Assembly (NCBI RefSeq): GCF_003918875.1
Contig: NW_025764926.1
Coordinates: 744,001 to 808,000 of the forward strand
DNA: 64,000 bases
Source: Haliotis rubra
Taxonomy: Eukaryota
Reading direction: 5' to 3'
Numbering within the stretch: the stretch's first letter is position 1; each line of letters starts with the position of its first letter. This document shows, in pieces, positions 1-10,150 of this stretch. The notes beneath the pieces are model-generated. The model did no database searches and had not been told where the DNA came from. It saw nothing but the letters and a program-made list of their open reading frames with translations. The position numbers and the translations under genes are program-made.

Positions 1-117
1 AGATGTTACCCATCGTCTGCATGCATGTTTGTATTACATGTTACCCACTGTCTGTCTCATGTTTAGACAACGTCTGGGCGGTCGTACTGTCTGAATGCTT
101 AAATAATTGCTACGCAC

Positions 118-360
118 CATCAGCATGTTTGTAGGAATCGGTGATATCTTCTCTAGAGATTGTCCCGGCAGCCTTGGTACTGATACATCTGCCAACGATG
201 TTGCTGTCCGCTTTGAAGGCGCTCATGTTGCCGTCACTGTCAACGGTCCAGTGAAGCCGGTCGCCGTTCACCTCGGCGAAGATGAACTTGGCATCATAAC
301 CTAGATACACATCTCCGTCTTTGATTGCCTTCACCGACGCCGGCCCACAAGTAAACACGC
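118..360 (-). CDS. TGM: Transglutaminase coding exon (core domain, GVFTCGPASVKAIKDG...REDITDSYK); gene continues beyond the window start
   Basis: AG acceptor at 362-361 and GT donor at 117-116; phase 1/1; translation matches the TGase CGPASV.AIK.G, AEVN.D and REDIT..YK motifs. Confidence 0.95.
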
Positions 361-1015
361 CTGGGGAATGATGAAGACACACTGAACATTAATTTATTTG
401 TCACAACTAATCACAAACATTCTTACTAAAACCATGAAAACAATTTAATAAGTTTCATTCGGAAATAACTTATTTTATACATATTTATTTATTCATTGTT
501 CAGCATACATAGTGTCAAATCACCTAAATCGTATTATCTCTGTTGCTTTTGTTGTTTAACTCTGCGATATCCTAGCTATATGAAGGCAGTCTGTAAATAA
601 TCGACCCTGGACCTGACAATATAGTGACTGCCGTTACGAGCGTCGATCTACGCAGTGGGGATACCATGACATGCTTCAACCAAGTCGGCGAGCCTGATCG
701 CGTTATTCGCCCGTAGCGACAAGAATGGGTTGCTAATGGCCGCCCGATCTCTGGTGTAGTGGTCGAGATGATGAACATATAATCCTCCTTACATCAATCC
801 TCGATAATACAGTATTCATTAATTATGGAGTATTTATAAAAGATGCTCTTCAAAATATGTATTTTTACATGCTTAATGTATTATTTGATTTAAGATTTTC
901 ACTGTATATCTCCTTTAAGTCCCTGCGTCGGAGGATTATGTGATAGGTTGATGTTAGAGAGATGGATAGGATACACGTGACCATCAAGGCTGAGTTCACA
1001 TGATGGAAGACGTAC

Positions 1016-1119
1016 CTTCATTGCACTCTTGAGGGGTAGGGTCAAACGCTTGCCAGCCATCGTGGCCAGATGGAAGATCAGGACGCTTGAACCAGGCCTC
1101 GTTCCAGACATGGAAGTCC
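1016..1119 (-). CDS. TGM: Transglutaminase exon with catalytic His and Asp ([32 protein letters not shown])
   Basis: Manual translation; AG/GT boundaries; phase 2/1 matches neighbouring exons; FHVW and DPTPQE motifs. Confidence 0.95.
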
Positions 1120-1477
1120 CTGGTAATTGATACGGCTCATAAGAGACTGGTTACTACAAACGCGAAATTGTATGGAATGAACCAGCAAGAAAGTCTACCA
1201 CTTTTAGATCCCGTTAGTCGCATCTGACGACAAGGAGTGAGTGAGTGAGTCTGGTGTTACGCCGCTTTTAGCAATATTCCAGCAATATCACATCGGAGGA
1301 CACTAAAAATGGGCTCTTAGGACAAGGAAGGTCTTTTGACAAGCATGGGTTGCTGAATTCTAACCCGGATCTTCAATTCTTCTACGAATTTTCACGGTTC
1401 TGTGTTTGTTGTTGTGCCACTTTCAGGAGTATCTCAGCTACTTCTTGTAATCGATTCAAATATAGATCTTATACTGA

Positions 1478-2040
1478 TATATACACAAAGAACTTAGTTA
1501 AGCACTCCTGACATATCTCACGATTGAATGAGCCCAGATCTTAACCCTTCGGAGCATATATGGGACATGATTGGTCGTCGTGTGCAACAAAGGGATCCTC
1601 CTGTACAGAACTTGGCCCAATTGGAAGCTGCTTTACACGAGGAATGGAGGCTGACAGAGTGTATGAGGAGGAGAGTGCTGGCTGCCATACAGTCACATGG
1701 AGGTTACACTCGGTATTCACCTTGAATCGTGTAAGACACGCAAAATGACATTTTGAATGTTCACATTCACCAATAAGTTCAACATCAAACATCCTAGGGC
1801 CATTCTTGTATACAGACATGATTTTGTATGAAAATCAGTGTTTTTTTAAATGCGCAATTGTCATCATAAAATGAACATGGATTCCCATCATTTTGTCGTT
1901 TTTTTATGAGTCAAAGGATCATACGGGTCAGAAAAACTCGTGTTTTTCGATCGTGGTCACCACTAGAAGTTGTATGTACGTGTTTAAAACCTATCACTGC
2001 AAAAATACAGGGATGCTTAATTATGTTCTTTGTGTACATA
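1478..2040 (+). mobile_element. Internally deleted Tc1-like DNA transposon
   Basis: About 30-bp imperfect TIRs (tacacaaagaacttagttaagcactcctg / cagggatgcttaattatgttctttgtgta); C-terminal transposase remnant SPDLNP.EH.W...GGYTRY at 1528-1725. Confidence 0.85.
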
Positions 2041-2306
2041 TTTTACGAAACTCGACTGAGACAGGCAGTTAGTTTAGATTCTGTCAATGAGACAGGACTG
2101 CATTTTGTTAGAAGCAATATTCCAGCAATATCACAACAGGAAACCAGAAAAAGGCTTCATACATTGTGTCCACGTGGGGAATCGGACCGGGGTCTACGAT
2201 CTAACGTTTTAACCTCTGGGCTACCCCCACAACCCTTGTGGTGATTGAAGGTGTAATGGTGGTGATTGGAGTGGAATACGTCCACTTAAAGTTATCAAAC
2301 ACTCAC

Positions 2307-2442
2307 CAGATGGCGTCGTTCATTGTTTTCCGGGGTCTGCCTTCTGGTGTCCAATGGAAGTTGACGGTGCTGCTGAAATCACTGTCATGCGCAGAGCGGA
2401 AACACGACACACATCGAACAGGAATGCCAAGAGCTCTTAATA
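2307..2442 (-). CDS. TGM: Transglutaminase exon (LLRALGIPVRCVSCFRSAHDSD...DAIW)
   Basis: Manual translation; RALGIP and SAHD motifs; AG/GTGAGT boundaries; phase 1/2. Confidence 0.95.
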
Positions 2443-2960
2443 CTGAAGACAGACGAAATATTACCAAATCATGCTAGTTGAAATTATATAGAACAGCTGT
2501 TTTAACATACATAATATTTATTGAAATAGGACACCGAAACAACTTCACCCGTTTGCCTGACTTAACTTTTTAAGTGAGTGAGTTTAGTTTTACGCCGCAC
2601 TCAGCAATATTCCAGCTATATGGTGGCGGTCTGTAAATAATCGAGTCTGGAAGACAATCCAGTGATTAACAGCATGAGTATCGATCTACGCAATGGGGAT
2701 ACAATGACATGTGTCAACAAAGTCAGCGAGGCTGACCACCCGATCCCGTTAGTCGCCTCTTACGACAAGCATGAAGACCCATTCTAACCATTAACGACGT
2801 AGCAGTAACAACGCGTTAGTTCCAAGCAAGGTTCTAATAGCATAGATAGATAAACAGACAAACTGAAAGATAGATACTCTTCAGTATATTTTGGACGGTT
2901 ATTCGTTACTGGAATAATAATCAATTATGCCAATGCCTAAGGCCATACGGCTAGACTTAC

Positions 2961-3138
2961 GCGTTGTCTCCACGGCAGCGAATGTCCAGCACTGTCCATA
3001 CTTAACACCCTTCCTTTTCTTGAGGAACTCTTCCAAGATGGCTGCACTTCCGTTCCATGCGTATGGAGCCACGCCGTCGTCGTACTTTCCAGACCAGTTG
3101 CCATTCAGCACGCCGCCGTCACGCTCGTTGTTGTTGAT
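2961..3138 (-). CDS. TGM: Transglutaminase exon with catalytic Cys (VLNGNWSG...VKYGQCWTFAAV)
   Basis: GQCW motif (Cys codon 2991-2989); AG/GTAAGT boundaries; phase 0/1. Confidence 0.96.
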
Positions 3139-3298
3139 CTGGACATGAACATAATATCATATCGTAGAAGTATACCAGCACACCTTCACAATTATATACA
3201 TGTACCAGCATACCAGTACACCTTTACAATTATATACCAGTATACCAGTACATTGACAGTTCCATGTGCGAAGCCAGTTACCCATTTGCCCGCTACCA

Positions 3299-3564
3299 CC
3301 TGTGAGTAATAACACCTGCCCCTTTAGAAAAACCACCTGACTGTAAATAATGACACATGCCCCTTTACACGTGGCCCTGACTGTAAATAATGACTTGTAT
3401 ACACCTATAGACAAGGCCCTGGCTGCAAATAATGACACATATATATATCTATATATCTTTAGACATGACCCTGACTGTAAATAATGATACCTAATACTTC
3501 ACGCATAGCCCTGACAAAGAGTAATGACACCTACCACTTTACACATAGCCCTGACAATGAGTAA
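3299..3564. repeat. Degenerate ~40-bp tandem repeat overlapping the TGase exon/intron junction
   Basis: About 6-7 units of ccctgac..(g/a)taatgacac......tttacac.t.g; the last unit is the exon 3' end plus the donor. Confidence 0.75.
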
Positions 3565-3642
3565 CGGGTTATTTCTGGCCTGGTCGCCCAGTTCCGATTT
3601 CTCCATCAAGGCTAGGGCGGCGATGAGACATACGTCATCAAA
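3535..3642 (-). CDS. TGM: Transglutaminase exon (FDDVCLIAALALMEKSELGDQARNNPLLIVRAMCKV)
   Basis: Manual translation; AG/GTAGGT boundaries; phase 0/0; follows the WNFGQ exon, as expected for TGase. Confidence 0.9.
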
Positions 3643-4024
3643 CTGCAAAAGGATACATTAGTATATAATTACTGATGTATCACACGGGAATGTGGCATGT
3701 GATGCCCACTTGAACGTCAGTCAGCGTACTTTACCCAAGATTTTGGGATCATGTATTTAAAAATTGATGAAATGTTTTATACAGATGTATGTCCATTATT
3801 CATAACCCTTTTAAGGACGTCTTCAAGTACATGGACCTGTTTATCCTGCTGGACCGTGTCCACAAAGCGATATCAACGGTAGAAATTGCGACAGTAGAAC
3901 TAAGATCAGTCTGTCGAGCAGGACCCAGAAAATGGTCCGTGCCAGAAATTTGTCATCTGCACGTGCATGGTATATATTCGATTGAACTCTATTTTAGCAG
4001 AGATTTATCCGATGGTAGATGATA

Positions 4025-5326
4025 CAGTACAACCAGAAATTATTGAGAATTTAAAGATTGTAATTTTTTTATTTCTTTTCACTCATTACTCACGTATTAA
4101 ATGTGAATATTAGCAGAACATAACTCCAGATTCAAAGACAGGTGAACAGTTAGTATTTTGTCAAGTCACCATGGGCAGCAATGCAGGCTTCAATGCGACG
4201 GGGCATACTACTGATCAAAGAAGTTAGAAAGTCGTGGTCCATGCTGTCCCAATATCGGACCACCTCTTCTTTCATTTCAACAATATTTGTCAGATTTTTC
4301 TTATTGACACTTTCCTTCATAAGTCCCTAAACATTTTCTATTGGATTTAGGTCAGGGCTATAGCTTGGCCAATCTAATAATGTCATATATTGGGTCCGAA
4401 ACCAGGCCTGTGAATGCTTTGAAAGATGTTTTGGGTCGTTGTCCTGCTGGAAAATCCCAAACTTTCCATAGAACACGTGAGCAGATGGAAGTAAATGTCC
4501 CTCGAGAATATCTGTGTACCGCTCACTGTTCTTATTCCCTTCAAATACACAGAGGGGCGTTGCCCCTAACACAGATATGCCACCCCACACGTTAAATTTC
4601 GGACTGTACTTTGGGCGCTGATACAAAGGTTTTTCAGTTTGTTTGGTCCAGAACTTCAGTGTATTAGGAAACAGCCACACAGAACTTTCATCTGAGAAAA
4701 TCACATTGTCACAGTTAAAATTTCTATGCTGTAAGCACCAGTTAAACCTTCGCTCCTTCTGTTCAGGTTTCATGATCGGTGATAGAATTCCTCGACTTTT
4801 CTGCTAACCCATTGCATGCAGCTCAGTTCTAATTGTCTCCTTACAGACAGCTACAGTTCCTCTATCAATCATATCCAGCCTTAAGTTTTCTAAACTCCTT
4901 CGTTTGTTTTTAGAAACAAGAATACCAAGCCGCCTCCTGCCACCGACAGTCAATTTTCTGGGCCTACCTGCGCCTCCCTGGTGCTCAAATGCCATATCCA
5001 TTTGCAATATTTTTCAAAACACGATAAACAGTGGACAAAGGGATGCCTGTTCTACTTGAAATCACTTTAGCTGATCTGATGTCCTTGTTATAATACTCTA
5101 AAATCAACTTCCTCTTCTCTAAATCATCCATACTGAGGATCACTGAAAATGTCGTCTGCTAGCAAGTAAACAAAGGGGGATAACTCTTCACAAACTAATG
5201 AAAAAAAGATTAACGGAGTTGTCTCTCTTGAATGAAACCAAGCACTTGATGGCTGGTCAAGGTTGTTTATATTAGAAATCCAATTAAACATATTCCTAAA
5301 ATTCTCAATAACTTCTGGTCATACTA
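4025..5326 (-). mobile_element. Near full-length Tc1 (DD34E) transposon with a disabled transposase, in a TGase intron
   Basis: Imperfect TIRs (cagtacaaccagaaattattgagaattt), TA on both sides (4023-24, 5327-28); transposase 5131-4150 with FSDES, QQDNDPKH and SPDLNPIE (34 aa between D and E), two TGG>TAG stops (4806-4804, 4329-4327) and a frameshift near 5010. Confidence 0.93.
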
Positions 5327-5339
5327 TATGTGGACTCAC

Positions 5340-5458
5340 CTGGCCGAAGTTCCACGGTCTGACGCAGTACTTGCCAACTGTCCCCAACCAGATCCGACCA
5401 GTTTCCCGGAGCACGTGCTCCTGACGTTGAGTCTCGTCTGGCAGAAACACGCTGTCCG
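5340..5458 (-). CDS. TGM: Transglutaminase exon (DSVFLPDETQRQEHVLRETGRIW...RPWNFGQ)
   Basis: Manual translation; PWNFGQ motif; AG/GTGAGT boundaries; phase 1/0. Confidence 0.94.
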
Positions 5459-5613
5459 CTACACATACAAACACATCAGTTAGTTCCATTCACCTTCCAG
5501 GTTCCTCGAATATCGAAGTATTTCATGATATACATCGAGCAACAGAGAAACAGACACAGACACACACAAACGCGCACGCACGCTCACACTCACACAAAAA
5601 CACAAGTACTCAC

Positions 5614-5874
5614 CATCACACCAAGGGTTGAACAGAATGTATATGTCGTCTGGATGCTTGTATCGGAACTTCTCCACGTTTCCTTGGCTCGACGTGTGCA
5701 CAGTGTCCACAAACAGCTGATACCGACCCACAATGGCGTCAGCATCAGACGACACCTTCAGCACCAACGCTTTTTCCTCCACCGACAGAATCTGGAAACC
5801 CCACGCATTTTCCTTGACCTTGTCCACTTTTTGAACGGCCACCACGCTACCTTTACTCTGCTGTGGGCGACTAC
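5614..5874 (-). CDS. TGM: Transglutaminase N-terminal beta-sandwich exon (...ADAIVGRYQL...YILFNPWC)
   Basis: ORF 5480-5893; LFNPWC motif; AG/GTGAGT boundaries; phase 1/1. Confidence 0.94.
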
Positions 5875-6439
5875 CTAAGACAGGATGGAACATAGACTAA
5901 CAGATGGTCTTCTAGAATAAACACATTTTACCTAAAAAACAGTGATTAAAATATTTTACTTGAATATAATATCAAAGAGACCAGAGTCTATCTTCATTGT
6001 CAGAGACTGCAGAAATCTAGACTTGCCTCATATTATAGACTTGCATATATTTGATATATTTGTTTTTTGGCTCTGTGTTATTGAACAAGAAGAACAATAT
6101 TTGCCAAAATAACATCTAAATTTATTTCTCGAAATTGTCTTGCATGGCTAAATACAACTGAAAAACATTACATCGTTATTCGATAATCAAATAAGGTGAC
6201 GTCTTTACCTTTTTATCTAAGCCTCTCTTTTTTGTGGTTTTGATATTTTCAGGGTCGTAAGCCAAATATAGAATTAATATATAATTGAAAAAGAATAGTT
6301 TTAAGGAATGTAATATTACATAGTTAGAATCACGAAACAAATGGTCAAGTGATAATTAGTGTTAAGTCACATTCCCATTTGTACCATTAACGATAGGGAC
6401 ATTTATAAGGACCGTGCCCGGAATATGACATTGACCCAC

Positions 6440-6622
6440 CTGTGACAAACTTGAGCACAATCTGATCCTCGGGGGCAATGTAGTTCCTCTCGAAATATAT
6501 TTTGACTTGAAATTCTTGCCCACGCCTGATGATGAGATTCGGGATCTCATAATCACTGGTTCTGTGCGCTACTCGGTTGACACTCTTCTCCAAGTCGATG
6601 GTCTTCGGCTTCAGTTGACCCT
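6440..6622 (-). CDS. TGM: Transglutaminase N-terminal exon (NRVAHRTSDYEIPNLIIRRGQEF)
   Basis: N..AH.T..Y and RRGQ.F motifs; AG/GTGGGT boundaries; phase 1/1. Confidence 0.93.
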
Positions 6623-7051
6623 CTGGATAAAGGTGTGAATGAGTGAGTGAGGAAACAGTTCATGTCATATCACCAGCGGTTCAGCTGTATGCTACTCAAT
6701 ATTTGATAAGGACACTCAGGACGTGAATAGTATCGTTAGACTCTCGCATCTGAATTAACATGAGACTTAACAAAAAATAAACTTCTTACCATCCACATCA
6801 CAAACACTATAAACTATACAAAACATATGACAATATTGCAGTGTTTTTTAATTGAAGACTCCCTTGTTTAGTTTTGTTAATTATCATTTGAAATGAATCT
6901 TAACATGATCACATCCAACATCTCCAAACATCCAGATTATTCCCCACCTGGACACTCAGTGTCCTTATCAAGTAGTGTAGTGTATAAAGCAGTTTACAGA
7001 GATTCTTGAAAGTAACTTTCTCGGATATGTCGCCATGTTGTATATATAGAG

Positions 7052-7818
7052 AATACTACACGAGGTCTCATTACATACGAATTATACGAAACGAGTGTCC
7101 TTCCTATGGTATCTGACCGAGCGAAAGCGAGGTCAGAAACCATAGGAAGGTCACGAGTTTCGTATAATTCGTATGTAATGAGACCTCGTGTGGTATTTTA
7201 TTTATTACCCACGTCTTACATGCATTAAATTGACAAAATAGCGTAGTTTTGGTATTGTTGTGGTTTCAAACCGAAACCGGTTTCATAAAGAGGTTGCGGA
7301 AGAATTTTGTTCTGACGTAAATTTTTTGCATGACGTCACACTGTATTGACGTCACTACGCCATTTCTCGTCTGTCCCCTTGGTAACCGACGTCACGATGC
7401 ATGTCAGTTGCCACCGCCTCGTACAGCCTCCTACAGTAAACTACTCCGTAGCACCCAGTTTCTTGGTTTGCAGTTGCTTCATTCGGCTAACATCACTGGT
7501 GGAAACATTGCGTTTATGTTTTTTCGACGTATATAATGTCTCAGTTCGACTCACAATTAAACAGCGACACGGCAACGTTCGCAATGTTTACATTCCAACA
7601 ACGCATCTAAGTTGTAGAATGAATGAATTCACGTGTTTGTTATGAATGAACAAGTAGTTCCGTCACAACGTGACCTAACTGAGAGGTAATCGGTTATCCA
7701 ATCAAATCGTTAGAATCTCAGGTCAAGTCGTTACGACACAGGTCAACGCGATACGACACTCGTGTGACGTACGAGATTAGTATGCAACTACCCATACGTT
7801 GACCACGTGGGTAATAAA
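7052..7818. mobile_element. Non-autonomous element with a 146-bp terminal hairpin and a short asymmetric inverted repeat
   Basis: Hairpin arms 7052-7118 and 7131-7197; IR tttattacccacgt (7201-7214) / acgtgggtaataaa (7805-7818). Confidence 0.65.
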
Positions 7819-8680
7819 TCCAAATATGACGACATCCAATTTATGTTTGGCAGTGTTTATAACTCCCTAAATCCCAAGCCAGACATCCGGACTGGTAACT
7901 TTAAAAAAATTACCAGTCCGGATACAAACTTGCCTGTCCGGTTTTCAACAATGAAAAACAAACAAAAGAAATCAGGTTTCTGAATACTTTACTGTGTGTA
8001 GGCATCGCAATGAAATACATAGCACTAACAGGTAATGCAACAAGTTCAGATAAACTGAAACGGTCGGGCAGGCGGGAATTTTAAACGCTGTGTTTGGTCT
8101 ACAGTTGAAATCCATTACACGTGTTTATGGAGATATTTACATCGTTGTATACACTACACATCTCCATCACCTGTGAATATATATGGTCACTTAGCTGTGC
8201 GTCGGTCTGCATTTAGTCAGCTAAATGAAATCAGGCCATAACATGTTCCGTGCAGGAACCTCTTGCCAACCCCCCGTTCATTGCCCAATACTCAGCAAAG
8301 AGTAGATTGCATCAAGTATATGACACATGTTGCACGATCCGCGAGATGCATAAGATGCAATCTGAGGTCTCATTGGTCAGAACACTCACTATAATCAGTC
8401 CGGGCCTTGATTCGTTGATTAAAAATAGAACCTACACTGTCATTAAAGTCACGCTTTCTTTTACTCTAAAATATCCGTTTTCAGTGTCAACTGGCCTCAA
8501 TTTTCACCCGATTATACAAACGATCTTAAAACTGAAAAACAGTACAGAACCCCACAGAATAAATACAGAACAAGTTAACGACCGGTGCACATCTGTAATA
8601 TTTACGGTATTACGTGTTACATGATTGACGTTAGACAACCATCCTTAGAAATGTCTTCTTTTCCTACAAACAATACCCAC

Positions 8681-8829
8681 CTTCTTTCTCCTTTTTGAAG
8701 CCTGTCAACTGCGCATCCTCTGCAAACGGGTTCTCTTGGTCTGTCGCTCTGCGTCCAGCCAAGTTATTTCCAAGTAACGACGTTCGGAGATTTCCGTAAA
8801 AAGATGCGAACTTCTCCGACAATGACGTC
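8681..8829 (-). CDS. TGM: Probable upstream transglutaminase exon (TSLSEKFASFYGNLR...GFKKEKE); an in-frame ATG at 8846 is an alternative start
   Basis: Open frame ending at a GTGGGT donor in phase 1, matching the next exon; CTAAC branch-like site and pyrimidine tract/AG at 8831-8830; no conserved motif, so less certain. Confidence 0.6.
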
Positions 8830-10042
8830 CTGGAAGTAGAGAACATTGTGTCAGTTAGAGACACAAGCAGACGACCACAACGTGTGCGCCCTTCAGAGAT
8901 GAAGTACACTGAGGGAACAAATTGATAGTTCAGGACAAATCAGATACAGGTATGTCCTCTGGAGGAGGATAATTTTAAATACTGGCCCCGTCAAACCGTG
9001 GTATGAAGATTCAAACAGCTGGTTGTAATGTTCTTCTGTAACCAAAGTACACTTCCTCAAACTGAGAATCACCACAGTATTTTCCAATTACCCTGTTACC
9101 ATAAACCGTGGTATGCAATCCTGTAGTTCTACAGTGTTTTTCTAAGGAACGAACACCTGTTTCAAGAACAGGAGATTAAAGATAATTCTTGTCCGAACAT
9201 TAGTTAGAAGGTCGAGGCAAAATCCACGACCTTATATTCGTAAGACTGCGAATTATCTCCACAAACTGTTTCCGAAGTGGTGGTGTCAATTGAAAGATGT
9301 TACGGTATATTTTCGTCTGATGGAGACGATCTGGTCATATCTTGTGGAGAACTCCGCTGGGATTTCAGGAAATATCCAACAATTACTCTCGTAGGAGTTT
9401 GCCATTTGTTTCCCTGGGCATCACAATTGCCATTATCAATGAGACGAATGCCGTTTAACGTTCGTCGATACGCCGTTCTCATATTATGTGATATAAAGAA
9501 ACGCTCTCTTGGTATTTGCAGGGTGTAGAACATAGCCTAAAGCTGCTGCAGTCGTGGTAGCTAGCCAAAGATTACAAACAGGCCTAGGCAGTTATAACAA
9601 ATGAAGATAGAAGCGCTAGCTGAGCTGTAAATACAATTCACTGAAGTGGAGATGATGGAGATGAAGACGATGCTAGCACTAGATTTAAGCGACTGCTTAT
9701 TGAAGAAGCAAGGGCGGTTCCTGTGTATTTTGCTTGAAATGCATATCAGTAACTTTCCTCTGCATTTTGTCCTTGAAAGTTACAAGGAGATTGTTGAAAA
9801 CAAGGGCCGAAGTTCCTGGAACTCGAGTTAAAAGAAGTCACGTTTACAGGAAATGGGCTATACGCTGACTACGCAAATCTAATTTGATTGAAACTGATAT
9901 CAAAACGATGTTAGAATCATTTTGTTTTGGAAATGGCAAATTCCTTACCTAATTGCAATTGACCTTAATTCTCTCAGCTGATTTATGCAAATGCACAGCT
10001 AAAGGCTAAGCTTTATTGACAACGATTGACAGAATCTCTTGA

Positions 10043-10150
10043 AAGGCATTTAGAAGTTGGACGAACATGAATACATGGCACCTTTTTATGGATAACAACT
10101 TCTTTTTATTCTTTACACGACGTTTGAGAGCTAATTCATGCTCCTTCAAC
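10043..10150 (-). mobile_element. Degenerate third copy of the Penelope-like hammerhead element
   Basis: Minus strand: tgaaggagc...gctctcaaacgtcgtgt...aataaaaagaagttgttatccataaaaa...acttctaaatgcc. Confidence 0.6.
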
